Shown in pieces: positions 38,041 to 51,365 of a stretch of DNA of 64,000 nt. The stretch covers positions 434,001 to 498,000 of the forward strand of contig JAQFVV010000011.1 in assembly GCA_028023455.1 (NCBI GenBank), in the 5' to 3' direction. A program made the translations under genes and the position numbers. Every line of letters begins with the position of its first letter. Position 1 is the first letter of the stretch. The notes beneath the pieces were generated by a model that worked only from the letters and a program-made list of their open reading frames with translations, was not told the DNA's origin and made no database searches. The stretch is from Epiperipatus broadwayi (taxonomy: Eukaryota; Animalia; Onychophora).

Positions 38041-40849
38041 TAACCATGGGCATGTTATAAAGTGATGAATGGAAGCATTTTTTTTTCAAATAACTAATAA
38101 TAACTATTAAATAATTAAAAATTAACTTTTTAAATTTTTTATTATTTTGCTTTATTGTATCAATCAATAAGGACACTAATTTTTTAAAGTATCTTTCCAT
38201 GGCATAATACTGAAAACATCAAAACTGACCTGTCTAATATTCTATGTGTTTTAATAATTGCTAAGATTCAAAGCAAGATAATAAAAGTTTGGTGTCAGCA
38301 TTTAAGTATGTGGTTTATATATATTGCTAAAATTTCACTTTTACAGAAAAACTAACTCTGGTACACAATCCTGATAGAACCATTATAAAAATTTTGAAAA
38401 TAATGTCTACTTTTTTGTACCAATACTAATTTACTAGTCAAATGAAAAATGGTCCACTTATGGTATATAAGTCAATCATTGACAATCTTCTTGAAATATT
38501 AAGTCCTATTAGAGCTTCAAACAATGTTTAAAATTTAAATTCTAATAATTTTATAATCCCAAAACGAATATTGCATATATAATGCTGAAAATATATTTTT
38601 ATGCGTAATTAATGATCATTATTTATTTATAAACTTATAAAAATGGATAAAAATTTAACTCGAAAACCCATTTAAAAGAGAGATCCTGATATGTAGTTTA
38701 TTATAACTTATCACTATTTTATGCATATATCAATATTGTCAAACTGAACCTAGTTTTACATAGATGGTGGTACTCATAATGAAAAAATGTCAGTTAAAAA
38801 TAAGAGAGATTACTTGATAATTTCAATTTACACTATTCAAAATAAAAATGTATATGAAGATATGTATAATATCAAATATTACATATAAGTTTAAAAAATG
38901 TATTTAACCATATAAAATGTATTATATTAAAAATAAAAATGTATAAATGGATGTTAGACAGCTTATGTCATATATACCAACTCTAGTAGCTAATACTTCT
39001 TATAAATTTTATTTTCATTATATTATAAGATTAAATCCGATTTTGAGGTGGCTATTTTGAAATATGAACTCTAATGTATTTATGTATTAGTTCATAGAGG
39101 GCGTACTGGATTTCTTAACCATTTGGGGTGATTTAATATTTGTATATTTTTTTCAGTATAGCATTATGCACTGGGATTATTTTAATGTATACATAAGATA
39201 CTATATTTTCTAATTGTAAAATAAGACAAAGAAGATTACAGATTATCATTATTAATTAATTCCAATCTGACAGTTTTTTTATGCATTTGACTAAAGGTAC
39301 AATTTTCATAACTTCAGTTATATGTTGAAAATAAAATATTACACATTCCATAAAGTTAATATATCAAAAAGCAATAAAAACTGAGAAAATATAGACGTTA
39401 TCATAAAATAAAAAATAAACATTTTAAAAATTTTGAATTAAAATTTATTCATAATTTGTGAATTTTGATATATGTTTTAAAATAGGAATTTTATACATAG
39501 GTTTAAGTTAGTATATATAAAATTACTATTAAAATGGTATAATACTAATACTAATACTTATTGAACCATATTAAAATATTTATGGTTCATAAGTGTTCTG
39601 TCATTAGTAATATTTAAAAAAAAAAATAATAAAGGTAAAATTTAAAGAACATTCAAATGACGCAATTTAATTTCTTTTTTTAGTACAATTTATTTATTTT
39701 TAAATACATACAATGAATGTATGCATGTGTTATTATCCATTTAATTAATGCAAAATTGAAATTAGAATGAATAATAGGCACATGCAGATTACTAATCCGG
39801 ATAAAAAAATTGTAAATGTAAATGATTATGATCAGAACACTAATTAAAGATGGCCAAAATAATTTATAAAAAAGAGACCTTGTAACAAAAAAGAAAAAGA
39901 AATGCAAAAGATTATTTATTATCTTGTATTCTGATAAAAAAAAAAAACAAAAGATAAAAAGCGAAATCTCAAAACTGTTCAAGATTATGAAAGGAAAAAA
40001 TAGCTTCAAAAAGAGGTCTTGTCTTGTGCTGGCAGTTTCCATGGGTCCAGGATGCAGAAAGTATCCCGGACTACTCTATACTGAACTGAGTTATCATGCA
40101 GGAGTGAAAACAGAGCATTTGCAGACAACTTCTTTTGTCATGAAAAGATCACTCCAAAAATGCCTTTGAGTCCAGCCTTAAAGTGGACCAGGAATAAAAA
40201 AAATGCCTGCAGGAGAAATCAATTATCTTCCAATGAGCTCAGGATACCAAGAAATACATGTATACTATAAGAATCTACACAATCTTACTGGTGAGCTACT
40301 ATTTATAATGGATTTGTGACTGAATTAAAAGTTTGCAAACTTTAACTATGAATCTTCTATTACCAAAATAGACATTCACCTAGAAAAAACTTAAGTATAA
40401 CACAAACTCTTTATTTGATTAATATTATTTGGATTAGCATGTGTGCATTCTTTCCAGCTTATTAATAATTCTCTTTTAAAGATTATAATTTGTTATAATA
40501 AAATATTTATCTTTAATAACAACTTTCATTGTACATTATTAATTTTAAGTTTGCTAGATTTTATTATCATAAAAGATTATTTTTAGAAATGGATAATTAC
40601 TTATGCTAACATGTTTGTTTTAATCTACGAATGCTGGAGAAAATTCTTAAATATTAAGTGACCAGAAAACTAAATCATGATCTTATTTTAGTTATTTACT
40701 GCAAAAAACACATGATGTGATACAGTGGAATTTAGTGGGTTAATAACCCTCATGCCCTTTCAAATAAATAAAAAACTGATTCTGCCAGCAATGCAAATTA
40801 GTAATAAATAGTAAGTCAGTTAATCAGGAAATATAGCTATGCTCTTTGA

Positions 40850-41007
40850 GAAAAGACCCAGAAAGAGACCACATGTGATATGGATGGATGAAATAAGAAA
40901 GTGTGCAGGGGTGATGTGGAGAAGAGAAGCTAAAGATCGGAGAAGATGGATTAAACTTGGAGAGACCTTCATCCTGCAGTGAACTGATAATGGTTGATGA
41001 TGATGAC
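40850..41007 (+). mobile_element. RTE LINE 3' fragment
   Basis: RPRKRPHVIWMDEIRKCAGVMWRREAKDRRRWIKLGETFILQ-stop, then a (gat)n tail; matches 51200-51365. Confidence 0.85.
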
Positions 41008-44000
41008 ATAAAAGGAAGATTCTTCATTTTCATAGCTTAATTAACTTGCACTTTGTATTGTGTAAAATAAAGGCCTAAATCCAACCATGAACAGTGCATT
41101 ATTAATCATATTTTATATATTCTTTTATAAAATTGAGACTTTTATTTCAGTTTTAATTTAAGACTTGCCTACAAAATGGAGTTTTCCCCCTTTCTGATAA
41201 AAGAAATATTAGATTATATAATTTGTTTTTAAATGTTTATTTAATAATGAGATAAATTGTAATTTGGAAGGTCAATATACTTTAGTAGCTGCATTTTTCC
41301 AATTTATACACTCATATATTTATATGGTGAATTGCTTACATAAACTTTCTTATACGGTAAAGAATAATTGGTACTATTACAGCCCGAAAGTGGAAAGGGT
41401 ACAAATAATGAATTTGGGGGAGAATAAGTAGAAACAAAGTGATTATACAGAAAGTAGGTTATTGGTTTTTATGCCGGGTTGAAAAAAGGGGGATTTAGAT
41501 ATAAAGGCCATGGAGCAATATTTTTTCAAAACATTGTCAGTGCATATAATGGAGCCTCTGTACACATAGTCTGTGCAGCTACAATCATGCTCTATAAATT
41601 CTGATGCACCCACTGCACTTTTGCATTTGATAACATGAGACAACACCCATATCAAAGATTATGTTGTGGAAATGGGATGGAGCAGAATAGAGAAGAATAT
41701 AGGAAAAACTTAAGGTGGGGAATAGAAAGAAAAGGTAACATGGTAACAGGTTTCTCTGGGCATAGTGGCTGAGAGATTCCTGACTCCATATAAAGAAAAG
41801 TCACAGTATATCATATCAAGTAAAGAAAAAAAAAATTTTTTTTTTTTTTAAATTAAAAAAAAACAACACCATGAAATTATATTTATTTACATGAAAATAA
41901 ATGTACTTAGCAATCAAATGGATATATAATGATTACAAAACAAGTCCATATAACTAATCTGATCAACATAAATATTTTGTAAGAATTTAAATTGTGATGA
42001 GGCAAAATACAATTCATTAAAAAATTAAATTACAAATCAGTTCATGGATTGAATGTAAGTAAATATTTAAAAAGCATAATAATACAAAAAAGGAAGCCAT
42101 GTATTCCATATGAAGTAACTGATGACAAAGCTTCTATAGGGAATTCCAAAAAATGTATCCATAGACAAGGAAATAAAAAATATGAATGTTATAAAGCATA
42201 ATTATTAATGTAGATGTATATTTTTGCTTTATTATATACTTCTATAATTACACTTCATACAGTTATTATCAAAAATCTATGAGAAAAATGAAAAATATAA
42301 CTGCCATTAAATGTACACAGGCAAAAACTTACATGTAGGATATAATTATATAAAGTATAAACATGGACCTAAATAATGAGGCAAAAACATCAATTTATAA
42401 ATAACTTTTTTAAAATTAATTTATGCATTTAATGCTATCAGTTACTTTCTTATAAATTACATGGTTTATTTTTTATAATGCTATACTCTCATTACTAATT
42501 AATTTTTTTTATAAAATGCTGTATAGATTATTCTTATTAGATGTATTTTTTTAAAATCATTATGCATTAGTTTGGTCATTAAATGCATTATTTTTAGATT
42601 TATTTTCTAAATATATTATTTTTATGTTTCATTTGATAATAACTTTTAATTTCTTATAAAAAATATAAAACTTATTGATTAGCATTTTCTTTGCATAAAG
42701 GGTATTTGGGTGATTGCTCCATCTATAAAACTCTAACGGTATTAAATATTTTTACTTTTAAAAATAATTTAGAAATTTAAAATAATTTATTGAGACAATT
42801 CAATATAAATTATAGTATTATTAATATTCCATAAAAGAAATTTATCAATTTTCAATCTAAAATATCCAGTTTGTAAAAATTTTCCATAATTTATTTTCTC
42901 TCTCTATATATATTTAAATATCTTTAAAAAAATTCATATTAAAAAAAACCTATAAAACTTAAAACCACAAAGTTTTCACCATTACAATGGAAACAGAATT
43001 TCCTATTAGATGATATGTTATTGCAACAAACTGTTTTGATGTATTTAGTGAAGAAGACATGTATTTTGCTGATTTTTCTGTGCACTTAATCTGCAAATAT
43101 AAATAAAAATGTTAAATTAAAATTTAAAAAAAAAATAAAGCTTCATTATCATAAATTAACAAAAAGTTGAAACAGTTAACCAATCAGAATTGGTTAGAAA
43201 AGTTAATGTAATAAAGTACACACATTTCTCTGAATTAATTTTTTATATATATTTATTTAAATATAAACAGAATATCACTTTCAAAATTTTTATCTCATTG
43301 CATCAGTTTTTTAAAAAAAATCTTGACTTTCCAATAAATTAATAATTACAATTTCCCCACACTTAAAATATTGACAAATTTTGTCATTAAACATCTTTCT
43401 ACAAATAATAGAGATAATACATTTTTTATATTAAATGTTTTTATTGACTGTGCACTAAAAAGAAATAAAATAATTATTTCTTCAACCACAATTAGAGTTT
43501 TTATATTTAATTTGAAATAAAAGCATTGGGGGGGGGCAGAAATTAATTAAGTCAATCCCTATTAATTATTTTTTTTTATTTTCTAGTTTAGCTTTTTTAA
43601 AAACAACAACAATTGTTTTAAAATAAAAATTATCAAACAATTTTAAATAAAAAACTTAGTTATTGATTTATTAGACATATATAATTATGTACACATACTA
43701 AATATGACATATATATTAATAGTTTAAAATGTTTAAAAATTGTTATTAAATTGAAAGAAAAAATATTTATACTACCATCTCATTATTTATATTTAAAACA
43801 AATCAAAGTTCTAAGAATAACTGTTAACTGCAATACATGAAGTTATTGAATATTTTCCTGCCCTGAAACGATAAATGTTTCAAATGGATTAGGCTGGTAT
43901 AATTTAGTTATATATTAATTTTTAAGCAATTCCATTGAATTGAAATATATTAAACTTCAATTTTAAAATTTCATTCAAACTTGAAAAAAAAAATCAAAAG

Positions 44001-44507
44001 TTAACAAACAAACAAACTGACTTTCCAACTTCAACAAAAGCATTTAATAATATCTATCAAAAATTGTTAACTTTTCCACTCTATTATATCTTAAAAGGTT
44101 TCAAAAATGATTAGAGTAATAAATCAATCACTTTTACAAGTATTTTTTTGATCAAAAATTGATAAAATATATTTAAGATTGATTAATAAAATTTTACTGT
44201 AATTCTATAAACTTTACTTCTTTTCCTTTTGTTTTGAAATTCAATACAGAGTATAGTTGATACAAAGGAAAGATTAACAATACTATAAATTAACTATAGC
44301 TTAGCAGGCTCTGTACTGAATTTTACTGTAATCTTTTTATACCAGAATAATTTCTTTAAAATTTTAAAACAAGCATAATTTACAACATTTATTTACTTAT
44401 ATATATAAATAAAATAAAGAGTATGCTAATAGTTCTAAACAAACTTTTTTATGATAAATGCTACAAGAGAAGGCATTCAAATCATCTTTATCTAGAATTG
44501 TCCCCAT

Positions 44508-44546
44508 CTCCAGACTGGTTTTGAGCTATGGATCTCTTCAGTGAGG
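44508..44546 (-). ncRNA. Degenerate hammerhead ribozyme (family A)
   Basis: cctca CTGAAGA gatc-cata-gctc AAAA ccagtc tggag; GAAA has become AAAA by CpG-type decay. Confidence 0.65.
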
Positions 44547-45041
44547 AGCAAGGACACCACTTTTAAAAAAAAACAACTCGCGCTAAGAAGCATTTATCTA
44601 ATAGTTAACTCTTAATATAAAGATCTGAAATGTTCAGTCATCTACATTTCTTTAAATTCATTTCTCCAACTGAAACAATCATCATATGGATCTGAACTTA
44701 ATTCAGATGCATCATATATTAATAGACGTAACAATTTAATTTAGCTAAAGCCCTCAACAGCAAAATAAAAGCTATTAGCATGCTCTTTATTTTATATATT
44801 TCTAAATGCAAGTTATACAAGTCATGTGATATACATCTTGATTTTTATTACTTATTATTTTGCTGTTGGGGGCTTTGGTTAAATTAAATTGCTAAGCCTA
44901 CTAATATATAGTTTATTTTTCCAATTGGAGAGCTGAATTTAAAGACATGTAGATGTCTGAAAAATTTAGATCTTATTAAGAGTTAATTATTGAATAAATG
45001 CTTAGCTCGAGTTTGTTTTTTTAAAATCTAGTGCCCTAGTT

Positions 45042-45080
45042 CCTCACCGAAGAGAACCATAGCTTGAAACTAGTCTGGGA
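45042..45080 (+). ncRNA. Degenerate hammerhead ribozyme (family A)
   Basis: cctca CCGAAGA gaac-cata-gctt GAAA ctagtc tggga; CUGA has become CCGA, and stem III is ACTAGT. Confidence 0.65.
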
Positions 45081-46835
45081 ATGGGGACAATTCTAGATAA
45101 AGATGATTTGAATGATTTCTTATGTAGCATTTATCATAAAAAAAGCTTGTTCAGAGCTATTAGCACACTCTTTATTGTACATATTTGTAAATGCAAGTTA
45201 TATAAGTCATGTGATATATGACTTAATTTTATTACTATATATTTATATATACATTAACGCTACTCATTTGCTTCTGCTTAGAATGTATTACCTGGATATT
45301 TATTATCTAAACCTAACACTATCTGTAATGAGGTAAATTAATTAGAATGATTTATCTATTTTTATAATAATGTGATGATTTATTTTATAATTTCTTCTAA
45401 TGCATGTTATATTAAATATTCCATATTAGTTTATTTCTTTTTTGGATGTTTACAGTATTTCGTTTTTAAGCAGCCATGCCTGGAAATTGCTGACCAGATA
45501 CTTAACTAAATATCCCCCCTATCCCCCCCCCCCCAAAAAAAAAAAAAAAACCCACAGAAACGTTCAAGCAAAAACAGTTAATTCAAATTTTCAAGTTAAG
45601 GAGTGCAAAAAGATTGATGCCGAGTTCTAAATATGCAGAATAAAATAATTATGAAGGACCAATATAAGAAAGCAAATGGTACCTAACTTGTGTGGAATAT
45701 AGAAATGTCTAAATACATCTAAATAAAATTTCATGTAAACTTTATATATAGAATAGAATTTTATCTGTATAACTACATATATAAATGCAATAATGTGCTA
45801 CTACAGGTTTATATCAACTTGATTGCTAAAATAATTTCTATTTGCAGAAACAATTTCTAAATTGTCATTGCCAAAATATGTTATAGTCCTAATAAAACTT
45901 AAAGAGAAAAATTCTTGCAGAGCAAATGCGTGCGTGTCGAATGCGTGAATGGCAACAGAAGCAATTCCAAATTTAATAATTAATAAAGATAAAAGGATTC
46001 AGCTATTCCATTGCATATATATATATGTTCACTTTTTGATAGAGAAAGAAAATAGCATAATCTGGGCTGGCACTACGAAAAATAAATATTTAAAGGGGGT
46101 AGGGATAAAATCTCAGTCTAACAAAGGCATTAAAGACTTATCCTATCAATTAGATACCTAAAAATAAGAAACCATGGTGTACTGGTAAAACATTCTTTTA
46201 TAATGAATATCTGACAGATGGCAAAGAAATAATTGCCATGTAGTAAAGCTTTTGAGTGGTTTTATATCTATGCTGACTCTCTATCTAGGTGTGATGGTTT
46301 ATAGGTTTAACTATGAGCCTGCTGAGAAAATTTCAGTTGACCCAGATTTAATTCCCAGATCATAGGTATATCTTTGCACCATAGGTCCTTCAAACGGTGA
46401 ACATATATATAGAATGCTTATGTAATCATTTTTTTGATGAAGTAATGCTTAATCAATGATACATATAATATTTTTTAGGCAACCATTACGCTCTACATAA
46501 ACTTCACAAATTATTTAACTCTTGCTTATTTTCACAAGCCAGACACAAAGACAACATAATAAAAAGATTTATTACATCAGAATTGAAGAAAATAATAACC
46601 ACACCCTGACTATGTAATGTGAAAATGAACTGATTGTGTCAATATCTCACTCCCTACCTTTTGTGTTTTTTTAATAAAAGAAAAAGATAAGAAAAATGGA
46701 ATTAACTTAACTTAAAAAGATCAAAAGAATTTTTGTTATTTCAATTTGCAGTATTTTTTGACTTGGAAAAAATAATTATCGAAATTAATTGAAAATTAGA
46801 ATGAAATTTTCTTGCTATTTTAATTATTTTAATAT

Positions 46836-47285
46836 ATCATCATCATCATTTTTTAAACATTATTGATCCACTATCAATATATATCCAACCCAGTTCCAAT
46901 TCAGTCTCTTGAATTCTTTCAAACATGTCCATTTATTCTCTTATTCAAATATTTCCACTGAGTGATCTGGTATCTCTGTACTGCTCCTCTGTTAAGTATC
47001 CAGGTTTCAGATCCATATGTAAGAACAGGAAAAACACATCTATTAAAACCTTCCTTTTCAAACACATAGGCATGTTTCTTTTTAACGTTATTTTTTCCAA
47101 AAGCAATCCATCCAAGTTTAATTTTATGATTAATTTCCTCCACTATCTTTCTATTTGTATTAATAATTTAACTAAAGTATGACATAATTCCTCCAAATTC
47201 TTGTTGAAAATTTAATTTTATTTCTGAATCAAATTTCAAAATACATAATTATCCAAATAGTTCACTATTTAATTAAAGTCATTCT
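46836..47285 (-). mobile_element. RTE LINE 3' fragment, internally deleted
   Basis: FNRCVFPVLTYGSETW (ORF 46919-47143) and a (gat)n tail at about 46836. Confidence 0.8.
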
Positions 47286-47294
47286 CAAACTAGT

Positions 47295-50218
47295 TTCATC
47301 ATAGTTAATGAGTATCAATCCACTGCAGAATGAAGGTATCCCCAAGTTCAATCTATCTCTGATCTTTAGCCTCTCTTCTCCAGATCACCCTCTCCACACT
47401 TTCTATTTCATCCATCCATCTCATATAAGATCTTTTTTGGGGTCTTTTACCATCTCTTGGAATCCAGTTTAAGACTTCAATTCTTCATCTATTATCATCT
47501 CTTCTAGAAATATGTCCAGCCCAACTCCATTTCAGTCTTTTAATTCTTTCAATGATGACAGCAACACCTGTTTGTTCTCTTATCCATGCACTGCATTTTT
47601 GATCTCTTCTTGTTATTCCTAACATGCATCTCTCAATACTTTTTTGAGTAGTCTTAAGTCTCGGTATTGCTCTTATATTGAGCATCCAAGCCTCAGATTT
47701 ATAAGTAAGAACTGGTAAAACACATTTATTAAAAACCTTCCTTTTCAAACACATAGGCATATTTCCTTTTAATATTAAGTTATTTTTACCAAAAGCACTC
47801 CAAAAAAAAAAAAAAAAATTCTATGATTAATTTCATCTATTATGATTCCATCTGCAATAATAATCTGATTGTTAATTTCTTCTAAAACTCATCATAATCA
47901 ATCTTTATTTTCATCTTTTGAGAAAATCCATTGAACATTACTTTAATCTTTTTAATGTTTACCTTTAGTTCTACTTTCTTACTTTCATCTGATAACTCTT
48001 GAAACATTTCCCGAAGCTCTGATGCTTTATTTACAAAAACAATTATATCATCTGCAAAATCTAAATGACTTAAATAATCTCCATTTACTTTTACTCCTTT
48101 AGCTTCCCATTTTAATTCATAAAATACTTCTTGTAATGCTGCTGTAAAAATTTTTTGGGATATGGAGTCCTGTCTTACATCCTTTTCAATGTTAACCTTC
48201 CTAGTATCATTATGTAATCTAATTATTGCTGTTGCATTTTTATAAATATTCTTCAGAATATGACAATATCCTGGGTCTATATCTTGATGATCCAATGCTT
48301 TAATCACTGAAGAAATGCTTATAGAATCAAATGCCTTTTCATAATCTACAAATCCAAAGCATAATGGCAACTCATATTCATTTGTCCTTTCTATAACTTC
48401 TCTCAATACTTGATATGATCTACTGTACTAAAACCACTTTTAAATCCAGCTTGTTCTCTTGGTTGGTTGAAATCCAATGTTCTCTGTAGACGAGTTGTAA
48501 TTATCTTGGTAAAAATTTTGTATAAAACTGATAAAAGGCTGATTGGTCTGTAATTTCTATCTTTATCACCTTTTTTAAATATTAATACTGCATTCTTCCA
48601 ATCATCTGATAATCTTTATCATTTAGACATTTGGTATATAACTTTGCCAAAAAATTTTTTTCTTCACCTGCTTTTTTTAATATCTTGATTATAATTCCAT
48701 CATTACCTGAAGCTTTTCCCTTCTTCATAAATTTAATTGCATATCTCACTTCTTCATTTAAAATCCTGGGCAATTCAGAAGATATAATAGATGTAGGAGA
48801 TACTTGTTCTTTATTACTATATAATTCTTGATAGAATTCTTCTACCCATTTCATGATGTCATCTCTCTTTTTAGTAATAGTTCCATCTTTTAAAATTCTT
48901 ATTGCAGATATGTTTCCTACCAATACCAAAATGTTGTTTTACACTCTTGAGACTTTTATTCTCTTCTATATCTTTCCTTGCTAGTTCACAATTATGCTTT
49001 CTTATATCATTATCAACTCTTTTTTACATTTTTACTCAATTCAAGATATGCAATCCTTCTTAATGCATCATTTTGATATCTCTTCATATTCCTTCTTTTC
49101 TTCACAAATTCTTTAGTCTCAGTAGAAATTTTATTGATCAATTGCTGCTTTTTTTTATCAGCCATTTTTATTGCAGTTTTTAAAAGTGCACCAGTTATTT
49201 TCCTATTAATTTCATTCAAATCTGAATCATGTGCAAAATCTACTAATACTTAAGAATGATTTGGAAGTTCTAATTTAAATTCATTACAATGTTTCTGAAG
49301 ATTAGGAATATCAACATCAAATGTTTTTTTTAAATAACTTTTGTCTCTCTACTTTTGCATTAACATGTATCTTATATCTTATTAATTGATGGCCACTTCC
49401 TGTGTTGAATTTATTAAAGGTATTAGTCAAAATATAATCCAGGTCTGCTGTATCTTCATTTGGATACTTCCATGTCCATTTTATTTTAACATTTTTCCTA
49501 AAAAAAAAAAAAGAATTTGTAATATAAAGTTTTTCTTTTTCTGCAAACTCTACAACTCTATGTCCTCTCTCATTTTGATTACCATAACCAAATTTACCTA
49601 CAGCACTTTCATTGGTTTAACAATTCTAACATTAAAGTCTCCCATAACAATTTTAAAATGTTGCTTAGTCTGATCAAAAGCTTTTTGTACATCCATATAA
49701 AATTCTTCTACTACTTCATCTTTATGAGAACTTGTTGGGCATAAACTTGAATTATATGCATTTGATATCAACTATTAAGCGGATTAACTCTGTCTGATAC
49801 ATTATCAATCTCCATAATATTGTTCTTCCACTTTTTATTTATAATGAATCTTACTCCACTTATACTTCCAACATTTGTGCCTTTGTAGTAGAGTGCATGT
49901 CCACTTTTTAAATCAATTGTCTCTTCACCTTTTCTTCTACCTTCATAAAGTCCAATACAGTTCTCTTTCCAATTCTTTCAATCTTCTTCACTTGAAAGTT
50001 ATCTGCAGTTGTAAGTACCTAGATAAAAAAAATCATCACTGAGTGTGCCATCAGGGGATTCTTAGCACCCTCCACTTTCAGCCACATAGTAATAACAGCT
50101 GCAATGACAAAACCCTATAGAGTAGGCATTAGGAATTTGCTCTGCTCAGTTCCTTTAAGACCTCCAAGAGGAATCAATGGGTCTCCTTTCAGTTAACAGG
50201 AAACTCCATTTTGCAGCC
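47295..50218 (-). mobile_element. Full-length, decayed RTE-clade LINE (APE endonuclease and RT)
   Basis: Endonuclease motifs GTYNCR, IQVYAPTS, VMGDFN and LDYIL; RT motifs FVDYEKAFDSI and HLDFADDIIV; 3' thumb LKWSWAGHI.RRDDNR. Flanked by a 9-bp TSD caaactagt (47286-47294 and 50219-50227). Many stops and frameshifts. Confidence 0.92.
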
Positions 50219-50392
50219 CAAACTAGTATAGATTTTTTCATAGTTACATATATTTCATATATTTTTAATTTCTTAAAATATTTTAAATGCTCCACAGCTA
50301 TATTATTTTATCACATTTCCCTTTTAAATAAGGAAAAGCCTGAATTCTGAAGCATTTTAAGAAGAATATAATCTATATAATTGGTTATATAT

Positions 50393-51365
50393 AAATAGAC
50401 ACAGAATATTGTTATATCATGAAGAATATTTTTAAAAATGTAACAGCAACAATTAGATTACATAATGATACTAGGAAGATTAACAGTGAGAAGGGTGTAA
50501 GGCAGGATGACTCCATATCTCCAAAATATACAGCAGTGCATTTTGTGGATTAAAATGGGAAGCTAAAAGAATAAAAGGGGAGGTTATTTAATTCATTTAG
50601 ATTTTGCAGATGATGTAGTTGCTTTTGCAAATAATGCTTTAGAGCTTCAGGAGATGTTGCAAGAGTTATCAGATGAAAATAAAAAAATAGGACTAAAGGT
50701 AAATGCTAAAAAGACTAAAGTAATGTTCATGGATTTTCTCAAAAGATGAAAATAAAGATTGATTATAATGAGTTACAAGAAGTTAATAACTAAAAATATC
50801 TCAGATTATTACTACAGATGGACACATAATGAATGAAATTAAACATAGAATTAACCTTGATTGGAATACTTTGAAATAACTTAATATTAAAAGGAAATAT
50901 GCATATGTGTTTGAAAAGGAAGGTTTTTAATAAATGTGTTTTATCAGTTCTTACTTATGGATCTGAGACTTGGACCTTTAATAGAATACAGACACTCCAG
51001 ACCACTCAAAGAAGTATGGAGTGATGATGTTAGGAGTAACAAGAAGAAATCAAAAATGCAATATATGGGTAATAGAACAAACAGGTGTTATTGACATTGT
51101 TGAAGGAATTAAAAGACTGAAGTGGAGTTGGGCTGGACATATTGGTAGAAAAGATGATAATAGATGGACAATTGAAATCTTAAACTGGATTTCAAGAGAT
51201 TGTAAAAAACCCAGAAAAAGGCCATATGTGAGATGGCTGGATGATATAAGATAGTGTGAAGAGGTGATGTGAAGAAGAGAAGTTAGATATTGGAGAAGAT
51301 GGATTGAACTTGGGAAGACCTTCATCCTGCAGTGGATTGATAATGTTCAACAATGATGGTGATGA
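50393..51365 (+). mobile_element. 5'-truncated RTE LINE copy, opposite orientation to its neighbour
   Basis: HLDFADDVVAF and LKWSWAGHIGRKDDNRWT, ending in a (gat/ggt)n tail. Confidence 0.9.

Larger units (their letters stand above)
44410..45236. mobile_element. Family A element: one copy in the 4529 orientation (44410-44769) fused to an inverted, greater-than-unit-length tract (44771-45236)
   Basis: Homologous to 4529-5199 throughout. The segment gctattagca...gtcatgtgatat occurs at both 44771 and 45156. Confidence 0.85.

Noticed and set aside
39924-40169. 81-aa ORF in a GC-richer patch
   Set aside because: No motif or splice support in any frame.
41443-41655. Cys-containing 70-aa minus-strand ORF as a terminal exon
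   Set aside because: No recognisable homology and no clear acceptor or partner exon.
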